A DNA stretch of 64,000 bases from Candidatus Nanohaloarchaea archaeon (GCA_013343275.1 CP046106.1:416001-480000); one strand, 5' to 3'; shown: positions 17,325 to 26,353, counted from the stretch's first letter. Translations and numbers: made by a program. Notes: generated by a model not told the origin, from the letters alone.

Positions 17325-17482
17325 TTGATCGTTGTTCGTGGTGGGACACGAACTGGGATCGATCGTTTCAAACTCATTGGGAAGTGAGTTTGAGTCAGAC
17401 TTGAATTGGGAAGTTCAAGTCGGGAATCGTATTATCGAAACATGTTGGGAATTTGGTTCAATTAGTTCTATCGTAGAATTAG
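17325..17482 (+). ncRNA. Putative structured RNA (leader or sRNA) with repeated GGGA-loop hairpins
   Basis: Hairpins 17334-17353, 17368-17393, 17398-17421; six YGGGA motifs. Confidence 0.55.
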
Positions 17483-17535
17483 CTTTGCCGCTTTAAAAAG
17501 GTTAGGTTAAGCCTTGCCGGGGGCGGGTCAACACA

Positions 17536-18615
17536 ATGGAATCTATAATCGACAACACGCCAGACTCTCAGAATGAAGGCCAGAATGCCACAGAAAATCT
17601 TGATGATGTAAAAGATGCTAGAATCCTAGTAGTAGGAATAGGAGGAGCTGGCAACAACCAGGTAACCAGAATCCAGAACAAAGAAGTAGAAGGAGCTGAT
17701 ACTGTCGCTATCAACACAGACAAGCAGCACCTAGAGATGTCCTCCGCCGACAGAAAAATACTTGTAGGAAAAGACCTGACACGAGGTCTCGGAGCAGGAG
17801 GAAAACCTGAGAAAGGCGCTCGCTCCGCTGAAGAAAACAGGGCCGAACTAAGAAATCTATTCAAAGAAGCCGACATGGTCTTCCTCACCGCAGGAATGGG
17901 AGGAGGAACAGGTACAGGCGCAGCCCCAGTACTTGCAGAGATCGCAAAGAAAGAGGACTGCATCGTAATCGGAACAGTCACAATGCCATTCAGTATTGAA
18001 GGCGCACGAATGAGCAAGGCAGAAGACGGCCTCTACAAACTAAGACAACATGTCGACACAGCAATCGTAATTGAAAACGACAAACTACTTGATATCGCAG
18101 GCGACATGCCTCTCGACCAGGCATTCGGAGTAGCTGACGAACTGATCACAACAATGATCAAGGGAATCACAGAGACAATCTCCAAGCCTTCACTCGTCAA
18201 CCTGGACTATGCAGATGTCCAGGCAGTAATGAACGAGGGCGGAGTCGCAGTAGTCGGATACGGAGAGTCAGATACAAACAATAAAGGAAAAGAAGCGATC
18301 CATGAGGCCCTCTCCAATCCATTGCTCGATGTAGAGTTCGACGGAGCAAACGGAGCACTACTCCATGTTGCAGGAGGCGAGGACCTGACACTCAACGAGA
18401 TCAACGACGTCGGCCAGCTGGTAACGGACAAGCTCGACAATCAGGCCCAGGTAATCTGGGGCGCACGAATCCGCGACGACCTGCAAGGAAAACTACAGGT
18501 AATCTCAATTATCACAGGCGTGAAATCACCTTACGTCCTGGGAGAACTTGAGGAAGACGAAGAGACCGAGGTAAAAGGAGACGTAAACGACCTCGGACTT
18601 GAAGTCATGAAATAA
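17536..18615 (+). CDS. ftsZ: Cell division GTPase FtsZ (FtsZ2-like)
   Basis: GIGGAGNN, AINTD, GGGTGTG, NLDYAD. Confidence 0.97.
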   Translation: MESIIDNTPDSQNEGQNATENLDDVKDARILVVGIGGAGNNQVTRIQNKEVEGADTVAINTDKQHLEMSSADRKILVGKDLTRGLGAGGKPEKGARSAEENRAELRNLFKEADMVFLTAGMGGGTGTGAAPVLAEIAKKEDCIVIGTVTMPFSIEGARMSKAEDGLYKLRQHVDTAIVIENDKLLDIAGDMPLDQAFGVADELITTMIKGITETISKPSLVNLDYADVQAVMNEGGVAVVGYGESDTNNKGKEAIHEALSNPLLDVEFDGANGALLHVAGGEDLTLNEINDVGQLVTDKLDNQAQVIWGARIRDDLQGKLQVISIITGVKSPYVLGELEEDEETEVKGDVNDLGLEVMK

Positions 18616-18619
18616 ACTC

Positions 18620-18737
18620 GAAAGCCGGAGGCTTTCTGGGTTACCAGAAATTCTCCAAATTTCGAAAAGGCTGGAGATCGGAGATCTTCTGCTTCACAGA
18701 AAATCTCTGATTTTCGGCAAGGAGGCCACCCGGCCTC
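18620..18737. repeat. Cluster of short triloop palindromes (REP-like)
   Basis: GAAAGCC-GGA-GGCTTTC, GGAGATC-GGA-GATCTTC, GAAAATC-TCT-GATTTTC. Confidence 0.6.
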
Positions 18738-18740
18738 ATT

Positions 18741-18910
18741 AAACCTATATTACGGAGGAAGGCCTCTACTCGAAAACCCCTCCCCCCCCCTTCGACAGGC
18801 TTTCCTCCCTAAAAACCTATATTTCAACAGGCGAAGGCTACCAAGACCTCCACGCCACCGACAAAAACCCCTCCCCCCCTTTGTTTTGGCGTGGAGGCCA
18901 GCCTTTCGCC
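18741..18910 (+). ncRNA. Putative structured RNA: two units of AAACCTATATT plus long hairpin with AACCCCTCCCCCCC loop
   Basis: Hairpins 18754-18808 and 18830-18910 have different stems but the same C-rich loop and the same 11-nt leader. Confidence 0.55.
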
Positions 18911-18982
18911 ACTTATTCTCAATTATTTCTTTTCGATCGCTAAACCAAAAAGTTCTTTACAGTTAACAAACAAAACAGAGCT

Positions 18983-19486
18983 ATGAAAGCTGAGAACGAG
19001 GCTATTCTTGGTCTTTCAGGCCTTCTAGCCTTGCTGGTTCCGGTAACTTTCTACACTACTGAAACACCGCTACTGGCAGGACTTTTCTCACTGGCCTCAC
19101 TTGGCATATACAGGTACTGTGACAGAAAGATGGCTATGTCCAGCCTAACCGACCTGGACGAGCTGAAAAGCCTTTATGTTCAGAAAGGTATAGAGGCCAT
19201 TATACTTCTGACTGCTGTTGCATCGCCGGTAGTTGATAAAAATGTCGCGGTATCCGTGCTCCTACTGGTTTTTGTAAGCGAAACCATTCGTGAAGAGGCA
19301 GAAGCTGTCTCGAAGACCGTACTGACATCTTACGCAGGGTTCGAGATCAGGGCAGCAGTCCTAGGTATAGGCATGGTCTTCCAGTCAGTGGCAAGTTACA
19401 GCCTGTTCTATGCGCTTGTTCTGGTAGGAGTCCTGACTGTCTACGAGCTGGGAAGAACTACTCATATCAGCCTGGAAAATATCTGA
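18983..19486 (+). CDS. Membrane protein, possibly degenerate CDP-alcohol phosphatidyltransferase
   Basis: TM pattern; SETIREEAE and GFEIR resemble SYVRARAE and GRxER; catalytic DxxDG..AR absent. Confidence 0.6.
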   Translation: MKAENEAILGLSGLLALLVPVTFYTTETPLLAGLFSLASLGIYRYCDRKMAMSSLTDLDELKSLYVQKGIEAIILLTAVASPVVDKNVAVSVLLLVFVSETIREEAEAVSKTVLTSYAGFEIRAAVLGIGMVFQSVASYSLFYALVLVGVLTVYELGRTTHISLENI

Positions 19487-19562
19487 AGTAGATGGCTTTT
19501 GAGGCGGCTAAATTTTCCTGGCAGCCTCAGGTATTTAATTTTTCACTGCTCCTTCATTAATT

Positions 19563-20066
19563 ATGAAGGCACCAATATGTAACGTCTGCTTGAAGAGCGA
19601 TGTGCTCTGCAGCAGTTGCAAGGAGAAGTACGAGAACGGTGAAATATCCGATCTGGAAATCGAAATCTCAAGGACACTACAGGATTTAAGCAACGAATAC
19701 GGCTCGCTTAGAGACTCAGAAATCAAACACGCATACGACACAGAAAACGTCGTAGTAATCGTCACAGCAGAGGGAGACGGAGCCAAAGTAGTTGGAAGAA
19801 GCGGAGACATCGTCAAGAAACTCGCAGACGAAATCGGCAAATCAATCAGAGTAGTTGAAAAAAGCGAAGACGACAAAGAAGTCATCAAAGGCCTGCTCAG
19901 CCCTGCTGAAATAGAATCAATCAACACAGTTTTCAGCCCTGACGGCCAGTACAAGAAGATCGTCGTCGACGAAGACTACGAAGGAAAGATCAACCTCTCC
20001 AACGAAGAGTTCGAAGAACTAATCGAACAGATCACAGGGGAGAAGTACGAGCTCTCCTTCGAATAA
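19563..20066 (+). CDS. NusA-like KH-domain protein with N-terminal zinc finger
   Basis: CNVC..LCSSC; KH loop VVGRSG; IGKSIRVVE. Confidence 0.85.
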   Translation: MKAPICNVCLKSDVLCSSCKEKYENGEISDLEIEISRTLQDLSNEYGSLRDSEIKHAYDTENVVVIVTAEGDGAKVVGRSGDIVKKLADEIGKSIRVVEKSEDDKEVIKGLLSPAEIESINTVFSPDGQYKKIVVDEDYEGKINLSNEEFEELIEQITGEKYELSFE

Positions 20067-20087
20067 AAAACCTCTTTCTTTTCCCTT

Positions 20088-20621
20088 TCACTTTCTCATA
20101 ATTAGACTGGATCTCTCCCTGGAAAGAATATCGATATCTTCAGGGCCAAGAACACTTTCTCCAGCAGTCTCAAATCCGAGGCTGCGGTAGAAATTGACAG
20201 CATTTTCATTGTCCTCAAATACTTCCACCACAAAGCTGGAGAAACCTTCCGGAATCCGGGCAAAGGCCTCCTCCGCCAATGCAGTACCAACTCCCTGCCG
20301 CCAGTAATCAGGGTGAACAAACATCGAACGTAGCTGGACCTCGTCTTCATCTACAAAAGAGTCTGCCTCGCCGTTCCAGGCCATACGTATCCTGCCAACC
20401 ACTTTACCGTCTTTCTCAGCTACAAGAACAAACGTCCCATCTTTCTCAGTTCTTTTCCTTATATCTTCCTCGGATTTATGGAACTCAGAACTCTGTCGAG
20501 CCACCTCCACCTCTTCAGAGGTCAGAAAGCTTTCCTGGCCCTGAATCCATGATTTCCTGCCCAGCTCCTCCAGGTCCTCAGTGTCGGAAGGCCTGACCTC
20601 TCTGATTTTCAACTCCATCAT
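20088..20621 (-). CDS. GNAT N-acetyltransferase
   Basis: FVHPDYWRQGVGT, NENAVNFYRSLGF. Confidence 0.92.
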   Translation of the reverse strand: MMELKIREVRPSDTEDLEELGRKSWIQGQESFLTSEEVEVARQSSEFHKSEEDIRKRTEKDGTFVLVAEKDGKVVGRIRMAWNGEADSFVDEDEVQLRSMFVHPDYWRQGVGTALAEEAFARIPEGFSSFVVEVFEDNENAVNFYRSLGFETAGESVLGPEDIDILSRERSSLIMRK

Positions 20622-20658
20622 GATTGTTTTAATTAATCTCACGGTTTAAATCAACTCT

Positions 20659-22467
20659 ATGAGCACAGAGAAAAACGCAAAGAACTTCATCGTTGTAATC
20701 GACCAGGAGAAGATAGAACCTGACCTGGCGAAGGAGACCGTCATAAAGTACGATCCATTGAACAGGTCAGGAAAAGAAGGCGGATTCCGCCTCGATGACG
20801 AAGGCCACCTCCACATCGACAACGAAAACGTCATGGAGGCCCACAAGATGGCGATCAACAAGTACCCATACGACGGAGCCATCCAGCTAATCCGACTGGA
20901 CAGAGAGTTCGGAGAAAAAATCCACCAGTACGGGGAAAACGCATTCAGACTCTACGGCCTACCAGAACCAAAAGAAGGCCGGGTAACAGGAATCCTCGGA
21001 AGAAACGGGATCGGAAAATCCACGGCCCTGAGAATACTTGCAGGCGACATAAAGCCAAACCTGGGCCAGTTCGAAGAAGAACCCGACTGGAGCGAAATAA
21101 AGAAAGAATACCGTGGAACAGGCCTCCAAACCCATTTCAACAAACTCGCAGAAGGAGAAGTTACCTCGGCATTCAAGCCTCAGCAGGTCGATAAGATCCC
21201 TGAGTACCACGAAGGGACTGTAGAGGATCTTCTGGAGATAGAGGATGAACGAGATGTTATCGGGGAAGTTGCAGAGAAGACCGATATCTCACATCTTATG
21301 GACAGAGAGCTCGACGAGCTTTCCGGCGGAGAGCTGCAGAGAGTAGCTATTGCATCGACAATGGTGAAAGACGCAGATCTCTACATGTTCGACGAGCCAT
21401 CCTCATTCCTGGACGTAAAACAGCGCTTGAATATTGGAGAGGCCATCCACGCACTTTCGGAGGATGCAGCTGTACTGGTCGTAGAGCACGATCTGGCGAC
21501 GCTCGATCTCGTATCTGACGCAGTACATGTCTTTCATGGAGAGGCCGGAGCCTACGGAATGGTATCGAACGCTTTCTCGACAAGAGAAGGGATAAACCAG
21601 TACCTCGACGGCTACCTCAAAACACATAATTTACAGATCAGAAGCGAATCCATCGACTTCAAACGGACCAAAAGAAGCCAGGTGGAGAAGAAGGCCTCCG
21701 TCTTCGAGTACCCAGAGCTAGCGAAAAGCTTTGGACAAGGAAAGTTCTCACTGGAAGTTGACTCAGGAGTGCTCCACGAGGAGGAGGTTCTCGGAATATT
21801 CGGAGAGAACGGCCTCGGAAAAACTACCTTTGCAAAAATGCTGGCCGGCGCACTGGAGCCAGATCAGGGCCAGTCCCCTGAAGTCGATCTCTCATTCAAA
21901 CCGCAGTACTTGGAATCTCAGGATGCAAACGTTGAGGCCGTAATTTCTCAGCATGTCAACCCTGAGAACAAGAAGTTCAAGAACCGTATTGCAGAACCCC
22001 TCGGGATCGAAGATCTCTACGAGCAGAACATCAACGACCTATCCGGCGGAGAGTTACAGAAAGTGGGCGTCGCGATCTGTCTGTCCAGAAACGCAGACGT
22101 ATACGTACTGGACGAGCCATCGGCCTACCTCGATGTAGAATCAAGAGTGGAACTAGGGAGAGTGATAAAGAGGTTCGCACGGAAAACCGAGAAACCTGTC
22201 ATGGTAATCGATCACGACCTCATACTCCTAGACTATATCTCCGACAGAGGCCTTGTATTCGAGGGAGAGCCAGGAGTTGAAGGCTATGCAGATAATCCTT
22301 CGAAGATCGGAGAGGCTATGAACAAGTTCCTGAAACTCGTGGATCTGACATTCAGGAAGGATCCGGAAACCGGGAGACCTCGAGCCAACAAACCCGGCAG
22401 CCAGAAAGACAAGCAGCAGAGGAAAAAAGACGAGTTCTACGAGCAGAAAGCGGTGAAGAAAGAATGA
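20659..22467 (+). CDS. rli: Ribosome recycling ATPase ABCE1/Rli1, N-terminal domain lacking Fe-S cysteines
   Basis: HQYGENAFRLYGLP, two NBDs (GRNGIGKST, LSGGELQ, GENGLGKTT), TFRKD..GRPRANK..S.KD. Confidence 0.95.
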   Translation: MSTEKNAKNFIVVIDQEKIEPDLAKETVIKYDPLNRSGKEGGFRLDDEGHLHIDNENVMEAHKMAINKYPYDGAIQLIRLDREFGEKIHQYGENAFRLYGLPEPKEGRVTGILGRNGIGKSTALRILAGDIKPNLGQFEEEPDWSEIKKEYRGTGLQTHFNKLAEGEVTSAFKPQQVDKIPEYHEGTVEDLLEIEDERDVIGEVAEKTDISHLMDRELDELSGGELQRVAIASTMVKDADLYMFDEPSSFLDVKQRLNIGEAIHALSEDAAVLVVEHDLATLDLVSDAVHVFHGEAGAYGMVSNAFSTREGINQYLDGYLKTHNLQIRSESIDFKRTKRSQVEKKASVFEYPELAKSFGQGKFSLEVDSGVLHEEEVLGIFGENGLGKTTFAKMLAGALEPDQGQSPEVDLSFKPQYLESQDANVEAVISQHVNPENKKFKNRIAEPLGIEDLYEQNINDLSGGELQKVGVAICLSRNADVYVLDEPSAYLDVESRVELGRVIKRFARKTEKPVMVIDHDLILLDYISDRGLVFEGEPGVEGYADNPSKIGEAMNKFLKLVDLTFRKDPETGRPRANKPGSQKDKQQRKKDEFYEQKAVKKE

Positions 22468-22712
22468 AGAAAGAGGACATAATCTTTGACCGTGGTGACA
22501 ATGAGATAGTATTCGTCAAGACAGAAATCGATACTGAAGACCTGGCAGAGGTCGAAAAGCCGGAAGAACTCAAGGAGAGAATGAAGAAAGAGGAAGGCCT
22601 TGTACTTGAGAACGCAACCATCACAGCAATCTTCAGCGACGAATTCGCAGTACATCTTCATGAAGACTCGAAGATCACGCTTGATGGAGAACAGATCTAC
22701 CCTACAGATTAA
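22464..22712 (+). CDS. Hypothetical acidic protein coupled to rli
   Basis: ATGA overlap with rli stop; acidic composition. Confidence 0.7.
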   Translation: MKKEDIIFDRGDNEIVFVKTEIDTEDLAEVEKPEELKERMKKEEGLVLENATITAIFSDEFAVHLHEDSKITLDGEQIYPTD

Positions 22713-22736
22713 ACATTTCTATAAGAAACATTCTAC

Positions 22737-23663
22737 ATGAGTAACTGGACAGCAGAAGAAATGCCTAACCTGGAAGGAAAAACAGCTCTAGTCACAGGAG
22801 CAAACTCAGGCATAGGATTTGAAGCCACGAAAAAACTCGCACGGAAAAACGCAGAAGTAGTAATGGCCTGCAGAAAAAAGGAGAAAGGCCTTGAGGCGAA
22901 AGAAGAAATAGAGGCAGAGATTGAAGGCCCCGACCTGAGAGTAATGCAGGTAGACCTGGCCTCACTTGACTCAATCCACGAAACGGCAGAAAAATTCAAA
23001 TCAGAATACGAGAAACTTGATCTACTGTTCAACAATGCCGGAGTAATGGCTATCCCAAGAAGAGAAACAGAAGACGGATTCGAATACCAGATAGGCGTAA
23101 ACCATCTAGGCCACTACGCACTCACAGGCCTGCTACTGGAAAAACTGGAAAACGCCGATGACGAGGCCCGAATAATTTCTCAAAGCTCTATTGCTCACGA
23201 AAACGGCGATATCAACTTCGAAGACATCAACCACGAAAAAAGCTATGACCGCATGCAGGCTTACTCAGATTCCAAGCTTGCAAACATTCTTTTCGCCAAA
23301 GAACTGGATAGAAAACTGAAAGAGGATGACCTAGATATCAAGGCCATAGCTTCACATCCCGGCGTCTCCCACACCAACCTTTTCAACGCTGAGGAAAGCC
23401 AACACAACATAATAGTCACTAAACTAATGGGTCTAGGCCTGAAACTGTTCGGCCAGAGCCCAGAAAAAGGCTGTCTCCCAATGCTTTACGCAGCAACCTC
23501 TGAAGAAATTGAAGGCGGAGAATTCATCGGGCCGGACGGATTCAAAGCAATCCGTGGCAGTCCTGAGAGACAGATACCTTCAGAGAAGGCCCAGGATGAA
23601 AAACTGGCAGAAAGACTCTGGGAGAAATCAGGGGAAATGACCGGCGTGGAGTATAACCTGTAG
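22737..23663 (+). CDS. Short-chain dehydrogenase/reductase (retinol-DH/WWOX-like)
   Basis: TGANSGIG, NNAG, YSDSK, HPG. Confidence 0.93.
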   Translation: MSNWTAEEMPNLEGKTALVTGANSGIGFEATKKLARKNAEVVMACRKKEKGLEAKEEIEAEIEGPDLRVMQVDLASLDSIHETAEKFKSEYEKLDLLFNNAGVMAIPRRETEDGFEYQIGVNHLGHYALTGLLLEKLENADDEARIISQSSIAHENGDINFEDINHEKSYDRMQAYSDSKLANILFAKELDRKLKEDDLDIKAIASHPGVSHTNLFNAEESQHNIIVTKLMGLGLKLFGQSPEKGCLPMLYAATSEEIEGGEFIGPDGFKAIRGSPERQIPSEKAQDEKLAERLWEKSGEMTGVEYNL

Positions 23664-23721
23664 AGTTCCCTGCCGGCGAAAGTAGAGTAATTTAACAGTA
23701 AACCTCCAGACTTGTTACTGA

Positions 23722-24456
23722 ATGCAGGCAGAAAAGGAGTTAAGATTTTCAGTACCGGAGATATCCGAGGCCCTGGGCTTTCGCAGAGAACAGTTCCATC
23801 CTGACGAACTTCTTTCAGATGAGGAGTTCCCTCTTGACTACCCTGAGACAAGGCCTGAGGACAAGTACGAGGAATGGAACAGGCCTGACCTGAGAGCTTT
23901 TACCGATAATATTGGTGCTGCCTGGGAGGACAAACTAGCGGAGAGATATGACATGGATACTGTAAGAATCGGGCCAGTAGATCTGAAGGTTACGGAAGGA
24001 AAATTCGAGGATTCTCCGGTTCAGGCCAAGACAGCCTGCATAATAAACAGTAAAGGTCAGAGAGACGACGGTAGCTGGAAAACACAGCCAGGCCTTCTAT
24101 ACGTCAAAAGGCCAGAGATGGAGAGTCTAGCAGAGATGAATTTTGAAGATACATGTCTTGACCCGGATGAGTACAGCCCTCCAGCGCTTCTGCACGGCTC
24201 CGTACATTATCCACGCGAAGACATGCCTAAACTACCGGACAGCGTTCCAACAGCTACTATAGAATCACCTGATGACCGCAACTACAGTTTTGAGACAGCT
24301 TATGTAGGAGAGATAGTAACTCCTGTAGGCCCGTTATACAAAGACAACCAGGACGCGTTTAACAGCGGATCCAGACAGGCCTGGCCTCTTAACTGGAGAA
24401 AGGCCTTTGGGAGAAATATAGAAGATGAAAGTATTATGAGGTACTGGAGAGACTGA
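23722..24456 (+). CDS. Hypothetical protein, possible PD-(D/E)XK nuclease fold
   Basis: GAAWE...PVD...VQAK spacing. Confidence 0.55.
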   Translation: MQAEKELRFSVPEISEALGFRREQFHPDELLSDEEFPLDYPETRPEDKYEEWNRPDLRAFTDNIGAAWEDKLAERYDMDTVRIGPVDLKVTEGKFEDSPVQAKTACIINSKGQRDDGSWKTQPGLLYVKRPEMESLAEMNFEDTCLDPDEYSPPALLHGSVHYPREDMPKLPDSVPTATIESPDDRNYSFETAYVGEIVTPVGPLYKDNQDAFNSGSRQAWPLNWRKAFGRNIEDESIMRYWRD

Positions 24457-25176
24457 TTACTCCTCTAGCTCGAACTCCAGTCTTTCCACGTTCTCCCCTT
24501 TGGAAACCCTGTTAACTATGTTTATACGGCCGATCTCATTGATGTTGTCGACGTGAGTTCCTCCACAGGGACAGATATCGTCTTCACCGATAACCACCAC
24601 CCTCAGCGGATCCACGCTTTCAGGAATCAAGTCAAGGTTGGTACGGCCTTCGGTCATCTGCTCTTCTACCAGTTCACGCGCCATCTCTTTCTTCCGGACT
24701 TCCAGGCCTTTCTGGATCAATGCATTGGCCTCTTTCTCTATTTTCTCGACGTCTTCCTCGCTGAAATCTACAGGTTTGAAGTCTATCCGGGACTGGTCTT
24801 CGTGTATCTGGTTGCCGGCTGTCGTTGCATCGTACTCCTGCAGTGCAACCCATGAGAGAATATGCTGGGCAGTATGCATCCTCATATGTTTGTAGCGTCG
24901 CTCCCAGTCGATCTCGCCATGTACTTCCTGCCCTGGCTCCGGGAAATCGCCTTCAATGTAGTGACGGACTTCTCCATGCTCTTTCTGCACATCGACTACT
25001 TCTGCCTCGCTACCATCCCACGAAATCTTTCCCTGGTCCGCCGGCTGTCCGCCACCCTCCTTGTAGAACAGGGTTTCCTTCAGGCAGATATAGTTATCCA
25101 TCTCCTTTACCTTGCTTACCTCGGATTCAAACTCCTTCTGGTACTCATTGTCCGGATAGTACAGAAGCTCTGTCAT
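24457..25176 (-). CDS. alaX: Alanyl-tRNA editing protein AlaX-M
   Basis: FYKEGGGQPAD, HTAQH, CGGTH. Confidence 0.93.
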   Translation of the reverse strand: MTELLYYPDNEYQKEFESEVSKVKEMDNYICLKETLFYKEGGGQPADQGKISWDGSEAEVVDVQKEHGEVRHYIEGDFPEPGQEVHGEIDWERRYKHMRMHTAQHILSWVALQEYDATTAGNQIHEDQSRIDFKPVDFSEEDVEKIEKEANALIQKGLEVRKKEMARELVEEQMTEGRTNLDLIPESVDPLRVVVIGEDDICPCGGTHVDNINEIGRINIVNRVSKGENVERLEFELEE

Positions 25177-25225
25177 ATCACAGGTTACGGCCTCCAGCTT
25201 TAATGCAGTTACTGTATTCAGACTG

Positions 25226-25795
25226 TCAACCAGGCAGCACCAAGTTCAGTAAAGTGACTACTATACCTGCAGCACCCATCCTTGCAGCCGCTACATACAG
25301 TTTCTGACCTGAGATATTCCCCATGTAAACACCGAACGCGGAAAGAAGGGCTACACCGATGGCTACTGAGGCAACTGTAGAGTACAGCATCCCGATCGCA
25401 GGTTCAAAAAGGAAGGGAATCAGCGGCAATAGTATACCAATCACCGGGCCTAAACCGCTGCTCAACGCATTGATGACGCGGCCCTGCTTCTTCTGCCTGT
25501 GGATCTCGGTACCTTCCAGACCTGTCATCATAGGTTCTTCAAGCTCGTGAACTTCAGCCAGTTTCTCTGCTCTCTCAATCTCCCATACACTCCAGATACC
25601 GGAGGTCGCAAGACCTATACCAGCGCCGACTCCGACCTTGAACACGGTAAGGCCTGTAGGCACTCCTGATAGAAAGCTTCCGACCGCTACTCCTGTAGAA
25701 GTCAGTGTTCCGTCGAATCCATTGGAGATGAAGTAGCGTCTGGATATCTTCCGGACATCCTCTTTCTGCCAGGCCTGTTTCAGGTCTTCAAACAT
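25226..25795 (-). CDS. VIT1/CCC1 transporter family protein
   Basis: RRYFISNGFDG, E.AE motif, TM segments. Confidence 0.85.
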   Translation of the reverse strand: MFEDLKQAWQKEDVRKISRRYFISNGFDGTLTSTGVAVGSFLSGVPTGLTVFKVGVGAGIGLATSGIWSVWEIERAEKLAEVHELEEPMMTGLEGTEIHRQKKQGRVINALSSGLGPVIGILLPLIPFLFEPAIGMLYSTVASVAIGVALLSAFGVYMGNISGQKLYVAAARMGAAGIVVTLLNLVLPG

Positions 25796-25798
25796 TGT

Positions 25799-26089
25799 TT
25801 ACTTGTCCTGCGGTGTCTTGCTTTCCTCAACCATTTTATCGCCGTAAACGATTTCATCGATCGAGTGAATACTGCCACCCAGATCCTCTATGGCCTCTCT
25901 GACTTCGTCATCGTCAATTTCCTGGCCTTCGATTGTTACTTTGAGATTTCTTACTTCTTCATCTATCTCATAAATTGTCGCGTTGACACCTTCTACTCCT
26001 GATGCTTTTTCCACTTCTTCTGCGAACTTTACCATACTCGGACTGTGAGGTTTGAGGACGTCCAGTACTAGCCTTCTTATCTTCGACAT
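25799..26089 (-). CDS. DUF211 family protein
   Basis: IRRLVLDVLKPH, GGSIHSIDE; typical partner of the VIT gene. Confidence 0.88.
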   Translation of the reverse strand: MSKIRRLVLDVLKPHSPSMVKFAEEVEKASGVEGVNATIYEIDEEVRNLKVTIEGQEIDDDEVREAIEDLGGSIHSIDEIVYGDKMVEESKTPQDK

Positions 26090-26161
26090 GTTTACTATAT
26101 CGGAGAAACTCAGGTTTAAAGTAGAGGGTTTAAGAAGTTTGTCTTCCAGTGTTTTCCTTGT

Positions 26162-26353
26162 ATGGGACGTGTAAGACAAACATATGTTAAGAGACTTGCC
26201 AAGGACCTGGTAAGTGCTGACGAAGAAAGATTTTCCGAAGACTTCGATGAAAACAAGGAAGAACTCAAGGACATGGACGAGTTCAAGTCAAAGAAGCTGA
26301 GAAACAGAGTTGCCGGCTACATTGTAAGAGTAATCGACAACAAGGAAGATTAA
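26162..26353 (+). CDS. rps17e: 30S ribosomal protein S17e
   Basis: MGRVR, DFDENK, SKKLRNRVAGYI. Confidence 0.96.
   Translation: MGRVRQTYVKRLAKDLVSADEERFSEDFDENKEELKDMDEFKSKKLRNRVAGYIVRVIDNKED

Noticed and set aside
17334-17460. Possible mini-CRISPR array (recurring TTGGGAA)
   Set aside because: Shared core is only 5-8 nt with irregular spacing, flanks are self-complementary stems, and no cas genes are present
18773-18880. Replication-origin ORB G-strings on the minus strand
   Set aside because: No TTCCAxxGAAAC-like ORB core, no cdc6/orc gene nearby; tracts sit in hairpin loops
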